A DNA stretch of 64,000 bases from positions 434,001-498,000 of the forward strand of contig NIVC01000350.1 of the NCBI GenBank assembly GCA_002269645.1, given 5' to 3'. The position numbers were made by a program, and so were the translations under genes. This DNA comes from Macrostomum lignano (taxonomy: Eukaryota). The notes beneath the pieces were generated by a model that ran no database searches, was not told the origin of the DNA, and was given only the letters and a program-made list of their open reading frames with translations. The stretch's first letter is position 1. Every line of letters begins with the position of its first letter. Positions 25,122 through 38,500 of the stretch are shown one piece after another.

Positions 25122-27338
25122 ATGTCGCCGAACTCCGCCATCAAAGCTGTACCTGCACTTTTAGCAGCGGCTTCAATTCTGGCCGCCGTCGCGTCGGGCC
25201 AGACATTTAACTGCACGACCAACTCCACACCGACTGTTGTGGCAGTGAACTCTTCGCGGTTTAGCGTCAGACTTAGTATAGACAGCACGGACAGTCTGTG
25301 CCACATTCTGCTTGTGAGCTCCGCCAGTTCTAGCGGCTATTTCTACGTTAGCCTAGCCAGCACCATGGAGTCTCGCTACTCTCGACTAAGGATCCAATCC
25401 GACTATCCGGGATCCAGGGTCGCCACGATTTCCTCCAGCAGTCAGTCTCGTTACCAATCGTTCGCAACAAAGTCCAACCGGCTGTACGCCTCGCTGAGCA
25501 GACTGTTCTCCAGCCGGTCCACCGTTGACAGCGTCCTGCTGAATGTGCACCTGGTCACCGCGTGCCCGGACGGATGGGTTCTCCACTCGGGCAGGTGCTA
25601 CGGCCCCGCGTCATTGAACAGCACAGTTGCTAGCTTTTCCACCGCCATTATCGCGTGTCGTTACGTGCAAGCCAATCTGGCTATGGGATTCGCTGACGTC
25701 ACCAGGACTCTGGGCGCTGCTCTGCAACTCGCCGGCTGGACTGACGGCCGGCCTGTCTGGGTTGGCGCCGCCTGGAAGAGCAAACCCGAGGCTGTGTACT
25801 TCTTGAACAATACCATATTTATCAGGTAAGCTGGTGGCTTCACTGCCATGCTGAGGTACACTAGTGTGACATGCTGATGTACACATGGCACTAGTATGCC
25901 ATGCTGATGTACACTAGTATGCCATGCTGATGTACGCTAGTGTGCCATGCTGATGTACGCTAGTATGCCATGCTGATGTACACTAGTATGCCATGCTGAT
26001 GTACGCTAGTATGCCATGCTGATGTACACTAGTATGCCATGCTGATGTACGCTAGTATGCCATGCTGATGTACACTAGTATGCCATGCTGATGTACGCTA
26101 GTATGCCATGCTGATGTACACTAGTATGCCATGCTGATGTACACTAGTATGCCATGCTGATGTACGCTAGTATGCCATGCTGATGTACGCTAGTATGCCA
26201 TGCTGATGTACACTAGTGTGCCATGCTGATGTACGCTAGTATGCCATGCTGATGTACACTTGTGTGCCATGCTGATGTACACTTGTGTGCCATGCTGATG
26301 TACACTTGTGTGCCATGCTGATGTACACTAGTGTGTCATGCTGATGTACACTTGTGTGTCATGCTGATGTACACTTGTGTGCCATGCTGATGTACACTTG
26401 TGTGTCATGCTGATGTACACTTGTGTGTCATGCTGATGTACACTTGTGTGCCATGCTGATGTACACTTGTGTGTCATGCTGATGTACACTTGTGTGCCAT
26501 GCTGATGTACACTTGTGTGCCATGCTGATGTACACTTGTGTGTCATGCTGATGTACAATTGTGTGCCATGCTGATGTACACTTGTGTGCCATGCTGATGT
26601 ACACTTGTGTGTCATGCTGATGTACACTTGTGTGCCATGCTGATGTACACTAGTGTGCCATGCTGATATCCAACCGGTGTGAAATGCTGATATCCAACCG
26701 GTGTGACATGCTGATATCCAACCGGTGTGACATGCTGATATCCACCGTAAACCTCTGATAGCCACCTGGAGCCCTATTCTAACAAAATCCGTTCTAACCT
26801 TTGCAGTTCCAGCGTTAAGAAGTCCTGCACCAGTGACTCGTCCAAGTGTCGTTGCGTGCACTACACAGAGCTGAGCACTGCTTTCTTCCACCGGCAGAGC
26901 TGCTCAACTAAGCAAAGCTACCTATGCAGCTGCGCCGTTGGCGGAGATTCCAAATTCTATTCGCTGTTCTCTGAGGATGAGGACAAGACCAGTCGGGCCT
27001 GGATTGTCGGTGTCGTGTTTGCAGTCATTTTTGTTTTCGTTATGTCGGTGGCTGTCGGCACGAAGATCAAGCAGAAACTGACCATCCGGCGGTCCATTTC
27101 CGCCGCCAATGGCCCACGCTTCTCGACAACGGATGTCATTTCCAACAACTTGTACCCGGAGCCGCTGGCGCCGCCGTCATACAATTACGGTGGCAACTGC
27201 GACGAGCAACCGCCGAGCTACAACGAAGCTGTGTCCACCGGGGCTGCCGTTCCTTCGGCTCCAACCCCTGAGGAGATTTACGGCGCTGGGCACTTCCAGC
27301 AGGCAGCTAATTGGAAAGGAGTGCAGAAATTCGACTGA
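25122..27338 (+). CDS. CUB-like + CTLD receptor, member C. Exons 25122-25825 and 26807-27338 (411 aa)
   Basis: Signal peptide; CPDGW..HSGRCY...FSTAIIACRYVQANLA...WVG; phase-2 intron AG|GTAAGC...TTGCAG|T; CRCVHY...RQSCSTKQSYLC; TM WIVGVVFAVIFVFVMSVAVG; two PPSY motifs. Confidence 0.9.
25850..26745. repeat. 23-bp minisatellite in member C intron
   Basis: Unit gccatgctgatgtacactagtat, drifting to cacttgtgt along the array. Confidence 0.96.
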
Positions 27339-27399
27339 CTTGGCTGGCCTGAATGCACTGCCTCTGCCTATGATAGCCAGTTGGGCAGGTAGGAAGTTG

Positions 27400-27915
27400 G
27401 TAGATAGAAGATTGGTAGATAGGAGATTGGTAGATAGGAGATTGGTAGATAGGAGATTGGTAGATAGGAGATTGGTAGATAGGAGATAGATAGAAGATTG
27501 GTAGATAGGAGATTGATAGAAGATTGGTAGATAGGAGATTGGTAGATAGGAGATTGGTAGATAGGAGATAGATAGAAGATTGGTAGATAGGAGATTGGTA
27601 GATAGGAGATTGGTAGATAGGAGATTGGTAGATAGTTAGACAGATAAGTAGACCGATAAGTAGACAGGTAGACAGATAGGTAGACCGATAGGTAGACCGA
27701 TAGGTAGACAGGTAGACAGGTAGGTAGACAGATTGGTAGACAGTTAGGTAGACAGATTAGTAGACAGGTAGACAGATTGGTAGACATATTGGTAGACATA
27801 TTGGTAGACATATTGGTAGACAGATAGGTAGACAGATAAGTAGATAGGTTGGTAGACAGGTAGACAGCTAGTTAGACAGATAAGTAGACAGATTGATAGA
27901 TCGGTAGACAGATTG
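27400..27915. repeat. 15-bp (gataggagattggta) then ~12-bp (gtagacagatag) repeats downstream of member C
   Basis: Direct inspection. Confidence 0.93.
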
Positions 27916-28469
27916 GTAGACAGAAAAAGAGGCTAGATGATATTGATAGGTACGACGTGTATAATACAACAAAGCAAGTCGATAAAGTTAGGTAGATGGT
28001 AGATTAACATGCTGTAACTAATCAGTCCATGAGGCTGGACACGTGTAGATTATCAAGCATTGCATTGTTATATTTTCCCTAATCAAATACGAAATCTTTA
28101 TTTTTCTATTTACTTTTTAATCCCTCAATGCTCATTCTTAAGACAGTAGATAGCCAACAGCTCTGCTATGGTTTATTGCTTCATAGCATTAACACCCGTG
28201 TCAACTTTCTCTGCTGTCTTAGATCTGGAAGTAGCTTTTATATTTAACTGAACTTGATCAAATGTTTTAAGTATTCCATTGTGTATTTTTCTGGCAAACA
28301 AAAATCTTAACTCTTTGTCTTGTGCCTTTTATATCTTAGTTAGCCGCCATTCTTGTTTTTATTTTCGTCTACAAAAATATTTGCAGTTTTTTCATATTAA
28401 TTGTTGATTTGTATAATTTTATGTAGTGATCTCTGGTTCTCTCTTATTACGTAGCCCGGGTATTTCTCT

Positions 28470-29105
28470 CACTCCTGCATCTCACCTGTTCTATCATCTC
28501 ACCTGTCCTATCATCTCACCTGTCCTATCATCTCACCTGTCCTATCATCTCACCTGTCCTATCATCTCACCTGTCCTATCATCTCACCTATCCTATCATC
28601 TCACCTGTTATATCCTCTCACCTGTTCTATCCTCTCACCTGTTCTATCCTCTCACCTGTTCTATCCTCTCACCTGTTCTATCCTCTCACCTGTTATATCC
28701 TCTCACCTGTTCTACCCTCTCACCTGTTATATCCTCTCACCTGTTCTATCCTCTCACCTGTTATATCCTCTCACCTGTTCTATCCTCTCACCTGTTTTAT
28801 CCTCTCACCTGTTCTACCCTCTCACCTGTCTTATCATCTCACCTGTTCTACCCTCTCACCTGTCTTATCATCTCACCTGTTCTACCCTCTCACCTGTTCT
28901 ACCCTCTCACCTGTTGTACCCTCTCACCTGTTCTATCCTCTCACCTGTTCTATCCTCTCACCTGTTCTATCCTCTCACCTGTTCTACCCTCTCACCTGTT
29001 CTACCCTCTCACCTGTTGTACCCTCTCACCTGTTCTATCCTCTCACCTGTTCTATCCTCTCACCTGTTCTATCCTCTCACCTGTTATATCCTCTCACCTG
29101 TTTGC
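28470..29105. repeat. 17-bp minisatellite (ctctcacctgttctatc)
   Basis: Direct inspection. Confidence 0.95.
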
Positions 29106-29364
29106 ACCTTCTCACATGACATACAGTTTATATGCTTTATACAATCCGTTAAATTTTAATAATTAGGCCTCGTCAATCGCTTTGCTTTTTTTCTCAATAG
29201 CATTTTGATGAGAGCCTGCACTGCTGATATCCTGAATATCATTTCTACAAAGACATATTTATCGTCTATCAATAAAATGGGAAAAATAACTTAATGCTTT
29301 TGCATTACAACTTGTCTATTTGCTATTTTTATACTTTGCTGATACTAGGATATATAGGATTGTG

Positions 29365-29480
29365 GGATTCCCAGTCATGAGGTTCAACCTCCAAGGCACA
29401 GAGAGTGCACATGCCTGACGATCAGAAAGTCCGGGCCACTGTGTGCACCCTGTGTGAGCGTGTGTTTGAGTGTGTGATGG
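29365..29480 (+). mobile_element. Second SINE-like family, internal fragment
   Basis: gtcatgaggttcaacctccaaggcacagagagtgcacatgcctgacgat...caccctgtgtgagcgtgtg. Confidence 0.65.
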
Positions 29481-29533
29481 ATTTCTGAAACCCCAAGCCA
29501 ACCAACTCATTCGATTCCAGCCTGAACAGCGCG

Positions 29534-31854
29534 ATGTGTCACCGGCAGCTGCAGTTTCTTATTTTTGTTTTGTCCTCGCTGCTCCTAGCCGTTCCATTGC
29601 TCAGCCAGGCTGTTGACCGCTACGGCTGCACCCACAGAACAGGCAGACCGGCCATAGTGAGCATCAACTCTTCAGCCTACAACGGCACCACCAGATTTAG
29701 CGTGGAGCTGAACCTGGTCAACATTAGCTATTGCCACGCCGAGTTCCACGGCGTCGGCGGGATGTACTTTTACGTGCGCCTCAGCAGCAGCCTGTCTAAA
29801 CGCTTGTCCGTATTCAGCATCGGGCCCGAGTTCGGCTCGGCTCCGTTGGCCTTGGTTACCACGGATAATCAAACTGACTATCGGGCATTTGCCACCCCTA
29901 GCAACAAATTTTACGTTAAGCTTTTCACCCGTGCGTTATCTTCTTCGTTTTCTTATTACCCCGACAGCATCGTGCTGGACGTTGAACTGGTCAAGACTGG
30001 CGCCTGTCCGGCTGGCTGGTTGTACAGAGACGGTCTCTGCTACGGCGCCGCGCATCCAAATAACTCGCGGGCCACTTTCACCAACGCTGCCGTTGGTTGC
30101 CGTTACGTGCGCGCCAATTTGGCGCTGGGCTTTGTCTCTTCAACAGCCGACGTACTGGGTCTGGCCAGCACGACGACCTGGCCGACAGGTCAAGATACCT
30201 GGGTTGGTGTGGCCGACACCTCCAAAGGCGTGTTTTTCCTGGATAGTGACAGCTTCTACTATGGGTGGGTTGCTTCAGCTTCTGTTTTTCCTGGATAGTG
30301 ACAGCTTCTACTATGGGTGGGTTGCTTCAGCTTCTGTTTTTCCTGGATAGTGACAGCTTCTACTATGGGTGGGTTGCTTCAGCTTCTGTTTTTCCTGGAT
30401 AGTGACAGCTTCTACTATGGGTGGGTTGCTTCAGCTTCTGTTTTTCCTGGATAGTGACAGCTTCTACTATGGGTGGGTTGCTTCAGCTTCTGTTTTTCCT
30501 GGATAGTGACAGCTTCTACTATGGGTGGGTTGCTTCAGCTTCTGTTTTTCCTGGATAGTGACAGCTTCTACTATGGGTGGGTTGCTTCAGCTTCTGTTTT
30601 TCCTGGATAGTGACAGCTTCTACTATGGGTGGGTTGCTTCAGCTTCTGTTTTTCCTGGATAGTGACAGCTTCTACAATGGGTGGGTTGCTTCAGCTTCTG
30701 TTTTTCCTGGATAGTGACAGCTTCTACTATGGGTGGGTTGCTTCAGCTTCTGTTTTTCCTGGATAGTGACAGCTTCTACAATGGGTGGGTTGCTTCAGCT
30801 TCTGTTTTTCCTGGATAGTGACAGCTTCTACAATGGGTGGGTTGCTTCAGCTTCTGTTTTTCCTGGATAGTGACAGCTTCTACAATGGATGGGTTGCTTC
30901 AGCTTCTGTGCTACAAACCAGCAGGTTTTTATCCGGAGTTTAGTGACGTCTACTGGGCGTTTTGTGTTGCAAGTGCTTGTGCGTGAAAATACGATTCACA
31001 GTCATGAGGTTCAATCCCCAAGGCACAGAGAGTGTTCATGCCTGACGATTGGGAAGTCAGGGCTATTGTACACCCTGTGGAAGCGCGTGTGTGAGTGCGT
31101 GGCTGCGTTCAGTATTGGTGCGCTTGTTTTGTGCTCAGGAGTCAGCGGAACGGGCAGAATCGCCGTCAGCGCTGGCTGATAAGACGATGTCTCCGAAGGA
31201 AGGCGTTGCACCAGGGTGGCCCGCAGCGAATAATCTTCCATATTGCAGCTCACACCATCCTGCAAACCCAATAATTTCAGATCCAGCAGCTCCATAACGT
31301 TCAAGGGTTCGAGTACGTACACCTGCTTTGGCGGGAACTGCCGCTGTGTGTACTTTAGCGCGGGCTCGTTCTATCGGAATTATTGCGCTCAGATGCTGCG
31401 CTACCTGTGCAGCAGCCGGCCCGGCGGGGATGCGAAATTCTACAATTTGAGCACGCTGGACAAAAGCCTGGGAATCGGCGATGCCAGCTTCACGTTCAAC
31501 TACTACTGGATTATTGGGCTGGCTGTTGCAGCCGCTTTAACTGGGATCGGCTTTGGCATTCGATACCTCTGGTACCGCCGAGCCGTTGCCAATTCCCGGT
31601 CTGGTGCCCCTGTTGCCGCCAACTACGCCATGACCGCTGACGGCGCCGCTCAGCCGGTGGCGCCGGCGCCAGCCAACTCGCATTGCACGGCGCCGCCCGG
31701 CAGCTATCCGACCCAGCCAGCCGGATCCTACGGCCTCGGCGCCTACAGCCCTGGCATTGGCGCTAACGAGCCGGGCGCCGTTTCTATGGAGCCGAAACCG
31801 CCCGCCTACAACAGGATGCCTTCGGATCCACCGCCAGCCTACGACAAAGCCTAG
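29534..31854 (+). CDS. CUB-like + CTLD receptor, member D. Exons 29534-30264 and 31281-31854 (434 aa)
   Basis: Signal peptide; CPAGW.YRDGLCY...FTNAAVGCRYVRANLA...WVG; phase-2 intron GG|GTGGGT...TTTCAG|A; CRCVY..GSFYRNYCAQMLRYLC; TM; two PPAY motifs. Confidence 0.88.
30232..30907. repeat. 52-bp minisatellite made of the member D exon-1 end plus its splice donor (about 13 copies)
   Basis: Unit cctggatagtgacagcttctactatgg|gtgggttgcttcagcttctgttttt; the first copy is the real exon end. Confidence 0.95.
30970..31255 (+). mobile_element. Second SINE-like family copy in member D intron
   Basis: cgattcacagtcatgaggttcaatccccaaggcacagagagtgttcatgcctgacgat...ggagtcagcggaacgggcag, collinear with the 40248 copy. 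Confidence 0.7.
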
Positions 31855-31989
31855 AATTTGGTCGGTTGTTGAGTGCTCATCGATTTTGGGATGGCCTTCT
31901 GCGGTTTAGATGTGATTGACTGTGTTCTTAAAATTATTGTTATTCTGAATGCCTGAAAAGGTCAGTGTCGGGTGTCCGAAGAGGTCAGT

Positions 31990-32822
31990 CTTGTAGTGTT
32001 CGAAGGGGTCGGCCTTTAGTGTCCAAAGGGGTCAGTCTTGTAGTGTCCGAAGGGGTCAGTCTTGTAGTGTCCGAATGGATCAGTCTTGTAGTGTCCGAAT
32101 GGATCAGTCTTGTAGTGTCCGAATGGATCAGTCTTGTAGTGTCCGAATGGATCAGTCTTGTAGTGTCCGAATGGGTCAGTCTTGTAGTGTCCGAATGGAT
32201 CAGTCTTGTAGTGTCCGAATGGATCAGTCTTGTAGTGTCCGAATGGATCAGTCTTGTAGTGTCCGAATGGATCAGTCTTGTAGTGTCCGAATGGGTCAGT
32301 CTTGTAGTGTCAGAATATGTCAGTCTTGCAGTGTCCGAAATGGTCAGTCTTGTAGTGTCCGAAATGGTCAGTCTTGTAGTGTCCGAAATGGTCAGTCTTG
32401 TAGTGTCCGAAGGGGTCAGTCTTGTAGTGTCCGAAGGGGTCAGTCTTGTAGTGTCCGAATGGATCAGTCTTGTAGTGTCCGAATGGATCAGTCTTGTAGT
32501 GTCCGAATGGATCAGTCTTGTAGTGTCCGAATGGGTCAGTCTTGTAGTGTCCGAATGGATCAGTCTTGTAGTGTCCGAATGGATCAGTCTTGTAGTGTCC
32601 GAATGGATCAGTCTTGTAGTGTCCGAATGGGTCAGTCTTGTAGTGTCAGAATATGTCAGTCTTGCAGTGTCCGAAATGGTCAGTCTTGTAGTGTCCGAAA
32701 TGGTCAGTCTTGTAGTGTCCGAAATGGTCAGTCTTGTAGTGTCCGAAGGGGTCAGTCTTGTAGTGTCCGAAGGGGTCAGTCTTGCAGTGTCCGAAAGGGT
32801 CAGTCTTGTAGTGTCCGAAGGT
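31990..32822. repeat. 24-bp minisatellite with higher-order duplication of variant blocks
   Basis: atcagtcttgtagtgtccgaatgg; the variant series occurs twice. Confidence 0.96.
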
Positions 32823-33440
32823 TTTTTTGAAATAATTGTATAACTATGAAATATTATGAACTTTTACTTTATACGCTGAAAAAAAAGATTTTTTTGCAAC
32901 GCACGTATTGCCTCATATTAACGGTCCTATTTAGAGTGTGTCTAACAGCCTTTTATGCAACGTATTTTTTCTACTTTTGTGCGAAAATGCCTTATTTCTC
33001 TTTAAATATGTTAGATAGCCTGGCCAGTAGTATATATAGATAGCAGGCATTTTTATAAAAAAAAATTAATTTTTAAAAAACATTTACACACGTACAGCGA
33101 ATTCTTCCGCAAACTGTGATATTAAATTGCCATTTTTCACCGCACTTATTGTGTAAGCGTATTTTTGTTTAATCAAATCTTTCTACCTGACAAATTTTTT
33201 CAAACAATATTTATGGTTTGTTTTTCTATTTCTCAAAACTATTTGCATCTAACTCTGTGTGAAGACAAATATATTCGTCACAGTTAATTTTGGTAATTTT
33301 GTATGCCTTCCGACTTTGCTTCGTCAGGGATACAGTTAGGTGATCGAGAGTAGATGTGTCTCGGCATAGCTTAGATATATGGCTGCTCGATAATCAATGA
33401 TGACAATGAATTCGGATTTTTATATTTTCATTTGCTTTCA

Positions 33441-36400
33441 ATGCTTCATTTCATGTCACCCTCTTTACTCGGGCCGGTCGCGCTCCCGTTGCTACTGGCA
33501 ACGGCGCTCAGCATCGTTGCCACGGCGGTTGCTGGCCACTGCCAGAGCTATCAACAGCTGAGAATCTCCTCTCACACATCAGCCCAGCTGACTGTCAATG
33601 CCACAAGCGGCTGCTCCAGCTTCGTTCACGCATTGAACTTCAGCGCCGCCCGCAGCAGCACCGGATTCACAGTCGCTATTGACAGCCTTCAGCTGTCCGG
33701 ATCGAACTCGCTAACCATCAGGAACGCCACCCGTTCGCAGATTTTGAAGGTGACAAATTTTTATACGTCAACAGTTGGCTGTCGGCATCTTATTGTTGGG
33801 TCCGGCAGCTGGTTCGAGGCTCGTCTGGTCTCCGATGCTCCGCCTTCGATGGAGTCTTCGGTGCTGCTGTCCGTGGCGCCAATCTTTAGCGGCGACTGCC
33901 CGTACGGATGGCGCAGCAGCGGCTCCGTCTGCTACGGAAACCCGGCAAAGAACGATTTGGTCACCTTCGACCAGGCGTTTGAGCTGTGCCGCATGCTGCA
34001 GGCGAACCTCGCCATCGACTTTACAAGCACAGGCACCCTGGAGGCTCTGGTTGCCGATAGCAGGCCCTACTGGGTCGGCGTCATGGAGTACAGCTCCAAG
34101 AGTACCAAGTTGTACTTTCTCAATGGCGAGTCCTTCTATATGCCGTAGGTGTTTTTTTTCTCCAGCCACCTCTGTCAAACATAAGTAGAAGTTTCGTTTC
34201 TTTATATGCCACTGCTTCCCTGTGACGGAAACTACATCAAATGTCTCGATCTGTTATTGTTTTAAATGGCCAGGTACAGAGAAGTCTTTTATGCGTGTGG
34301 AGTCCAATTTATATACGCTCGTAGTGCTTATTAATGTGCATTGCTTAAATACTCGTAGGACATGACAGAGATAGAATCAGACTAAGATGAAATGGTAAAG
34401 AGGATGAGAAGCTGAGCTATTGAAGGAGGTCTGCGGGCACCCTGTTGCCAACAGGCCTATTCGGCGCCATCGTTCCAAAACTCCTAAGCACACACGAGTA
34501 CAAACGCGTGGATACTGTACGCAGACACGCACTCATATACACGCTCACACAGGGTGTACAGTAGCCCCGATCGTCAGGCATGTACACTCCCTGTGCCTTG
34601 AGGGTTGGCTCTCATGGCTGTGAATCGCACAGCAACCCCCAGGCTAATTTTCGCACACAAGCCCCTTTTGGGGCAGCCAATAAGCAAGGAGCAAAACTTA
34701 TGCAAATCCTTTCAAGAAGCACATTTTCTTAAGAACCAAGTCCTTCAGTTTTCAGTTTTAAAAAACGCCTTATTGGAGTAAAATTGTCACGGACAAAGTT
34801 GTTTGCTATAAATCTCTTTTTTCTAAAAGCAACAAAACGAAACAACAAAATAAAGCCTTTGCAAAGATAGCAGGCATTCCTCCCAAATAGCAAGCACCCC
34901 CAGAAAGCAAGAATCCATAAATAGAAAGCGTCCCTCAGACAGCAAGCATCCCTGGATAGAAAGAATCCATAAATAGAAAGCGTCCCTCAGACAGCAAGCA
35001 TCCCTGGATAGAAAGAATCCCTAGATAGAAAGCGTCCCTCAGACAGCAAGCATCCCTGGATAGAAAGAATCCATAAATAGAAAGCGTCCCTCAGACAGCA
35101 AGCATCCCTGGATAGAAAGAATCCATAAATAGAAAGCGTCCCTCAGACAGCAAGCATCCCTGGATAGAAAGAATCCATAAATAGAAAGCGTCCCTCAGAC
35201 AGCAAGCATCCCTGGATAGAAAGAATCCATAAATAGAAAGCGTCCCTCAGACAGCAAGCATCCCTGGATAGAAAGAATCCATAAATAGAAAGCGTCCCTC
35301 AGACAGTAAGCATCCCTGGATAGAAAGAATCCATAAATAGAAAGCGTCCCTCAGACAGCAAGCATCCCTGGATAGAAAGAATCCATAAATAGAAAGCGTC
35401 CCTCAGACAGCAAGCATCCCTGGATAGAAAGAATCCATAAATAGAAAGCGTCCCTCAGACAGCAAGCATCCCTGGATAGAAAGAATCCATAAATAGAAAG
35501 CGTCCCTCAGACAGCAAGCATCCCTGGATAGAAAGAATCCCTAAATAGAAAGCGTCCCCCAGACAGCAAGCATCCCTGGATAGAAAGAATCCCTAGATAG
35601 CTACCCCCCCCCAGATAGCAAGCTACTAATGTTACTAATTGCTGCTATTACGCTCATATGTGCCCCGGGAGTCAGCCGAATGGGCGCCCATTGCGCCAGG
35701 AAGCCCACAGCCGTTCCTGCAAAGATTTGTTATTTTAGCCATCTGTATTTTAGTGCAAACAGGCATACATGTAAGCTCACCATATGAATCAGTGCAACTG
35801 TAATAGTCACATTCAAACTGGGAGATCGCACCAAACCCCACCACAGGCTGTCCAAGGTATCGAAGTCATCATCGTACTGCTCGTGGTCCAGCAGCTGCGA
35901 ATGCGTCTTCTACCGCAGCGGCTCGTTTTATCGAGCCAGCTGCGACTCCCGCTTTGCCCAGCTGTGCTCCGCTCCAAAAGTCGGCCAACCGGCCAAGTAT
36001 TACAATCCCCAGCTAATCTCAGTCTATATCGGACAGCGGACGAGCGACAACCCAACCGCATGGATACTTCGGTTCAGCAGCTTCTGGCCGGCTTTCTTCG
36101 TTTTCGGCCTTGTGGTGGCCGGCTCGGCCATCGGTTTTCGCGTATTTTTTCGAATGCGCGCCGTTCGAATGATGGAGCGCCGGCGTCAGATGCCTGTCGG
36201 CGTGTCGACCGTCGCAGTCAATCCGCCGCCGCCTCCGGGCTCGTATCCGACGCAGGCTACTTCGCCACCACCTCCGCCTTCGGGCTCGTACCCGATGCAG
36301 CCGCCGCCTCCTCCAGTCTCCTACCCGAACTCCGTGCCGCCACAGCCGCAGGCGCCGGAGCCTCAGCCGCCTCCGTACAGCTACTTCAACAACTCCGGCT

Positions 36401-36456
36401 ACCAGCCTGACTCGGCGGCTGCTGGTGACGCTGAACCGAGCGACAACAAGAAGTGA
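33441..36456 (+). CDS. CUB-like + CTLD receptor, member E. Exons 33441-34144 and 35847-36456 (437 aa)
   Basis: Signal peptide; CPYGW..SGSVCY...FDQAFELCRMLQANLA...WVG; phase-2 intron CC|GTAGGT...CACAG|G. Exon 2 frame, translated by hand: CECVFYRSGSFYRASCDSRFAQLC...FWPAFFVFGLVVAGSAIGF; PPPY. Confidence 0.88.
34430..34680 (-). mobile_element. Second SINE-like family copy in member E intron
   Basis: Reverse complement contains gtgcgattcacagccatgagag...catgcctgacgat...tgtacaccctgtgtgagcg. Confidence 0.7.
34890..35600. repeat. 52-bp minisatellite in member E intron (unrelated to the member D repeat)
   Basis: atagaaagcgtccctcagacagcaagcatccctggatagaaagaatccataa. Confidence 0.96.
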
Positions 36457-36679
36457 AACTCATCGACATACGAGAATGTTAATAGTCAGAACCGTTTTAT
36501 CGGAATTGGAGCGCTTTACAATTGTTGCCGTGATGGCTGTTTCTATAATTTACCTCTGTTGATGTTTATCTGGTATTTGGTTTATCATTCTTTTTTATTT
36601 AGTTGTTTCAGCTTCGAAACAAGGTGGAGCTTTGTGAAAAAGAACAGGCCATTGTGGACAAAACAATTCTCACCGACGG

Positions 36680-38500
36680 ATTAGGAGTAATTCTCATTGT
36701 GCGGATCAGGAGTGATTCTCATAGGGTGGATCAGGGAGTGATTCTCATGTGCGGATTAGGAGTGATTCTCATTGTGCGGATCAGGAGTGATTCTCATGTG
36801 CGGATCAGGAGTGATTCTCGTAGGGCGGATCCGGAGTGATTCTCGTAGGGCGGATCAGGAGTGATTCTCGTAGGGCGGATCAGGAGTGATTCTCATTGTG
36901 CGGATCAGGAGTGATTCTCATAGGGTGGATCAGGAGTGATTCTCATAGGGTAGATCAGGAGTGATTCTCATGTGCGAATTAGAAGTGATTCTCATAGGGT
37001 GGATCAGGAGTGATTCTAATTGTGCGGATCAGGAGTGATTCTCATTGTGCGGATCAGGAGTGATTCTCATGTGCGGATCAGGAGTGATTCTCATGGTGCG
37101 GATCAGGAGTGATTCTCATGTGCGGATCAGGAGTGATTCTCATGTGCGGATCAGGAGTGATTCTCGTAGGGTGGATCAGGAGTGATTCTCATTGTGCGGA
37201 TCAGGAGTGATTCTCATGTGCGGATCAGGAGTGATTCTCGTAGGGCGGATCAGGAGTGATTCTCATTGTGCGGATTAGAAGTGATTCTCATAGGGTGGAT
37301 CAGGAGTGATTCTCATAGGGTAGATCAGGAGTGATTCTCATGTGCGAATTAGAAGTGATTCTCATAGGGTGGATCAGGAGTGATTCTAATTGTGCGGATC
37401 AGGAGTGATTCTCATTGTGCGGATCAGGAGTGATTCTCATGTGCGGATCAGGAGTGATTCTCATGGTGCGGATCAGGAGTGATTCTCATGTGCGGATCAG
37501 GAGTGATTCTCATGTGCGGATCAGGAGTGATTCTCGTAGGGTGGATCAGGAGTGATTCTCATTGTGCGGATCAGGAGTGATTCTCATGTGCGGATCAGGA
37601 GTGATTCTCGTAGGGCGGATCAGGAGTGATTCTCATTGTGCGGATCAGGAGTGATTCTCATGGTGCGGATCAGGAGTGATTCTCGTAGGGCGGATCAGGA
37701 GTGATTCTCGTAGGGCGGATCAGGAGTGATTCTCATTGTGCGGATCAGGAGTGATTCTCATAGGGTAGATCAGGAGTGATTCTCATTGTGCGGATCAGGA
37801 GTGATTCTCATTGTGCGGATCAGGAGTGATTCTCATGTGCGGATCAGGAGTGATTCTCATTGTGCGGATCAGGAGTGATTCTCATGTGCGGATCAGGAGT
37901 GATTCTCATGTGCGGATCAGGAGTGATTCTCATGTGCGGATCAGGAGTGATTCTCATGTGCGGATCAGGAGTGATTCTCGTAGGGCGGATCAGGAGTGAT
38001 TCTCATTGTGCGGATCAGGGAGTGATTCTCATGTGCGGATTAGGAGTGATTCTCATAGAGTGGATCAGGGAGTGATTCTCATAGGGTGGATCAGGAGTGA
38101 TTCTCATAGAGTGGATCAGGAGTGATTCTCATAGAGTGGATCAGGAGTGATTCTCATAGAGTGGATCAGGAGTGATTCTCATAGGGTGGATCAGGAGTGA
38201 TTCTCATAGAGTGGATCAGGAGTGATTCTCATAGAGTGGATCAGGAGTGATTCTCATAGGGTGGATCAGGAGTGATTCTCATAGAGTGGATCAGGAGTGA
38301 TTCTCATAGGGTGGATCACGAGTGATTCTCATAGAGTGGATCAGGGAGTGATTCTCATAGGGTGGATCACGAGTGATTCTCGTAGGGCGGATCAGGAGTG
38401 ATTCTCGTAGGGCGGATCAGGAGTGATTCTCGTAGGGCGGATCAGGATTAATTCTAGTAGGGCGGATCAGGAGTGATTCTCGTAGGGCGGATCAGGAGTG
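36680..38500. repeat. 24/25-bp minisatellite between members E and F
   Basis: ggatcaggagtgattctc(atgtgc/attgtgc/atagggt/gtagggc). Confidence 0.97.

Noticed and set aside
26328-32843. Repeat-derived ORFs at 26328-26891, 27368-27811, 28426-29166, 31965-32843 and 32075-32830
   Set aside because: They coincide with minisatellites and are open in multiple frames, with no unique coding flanks.
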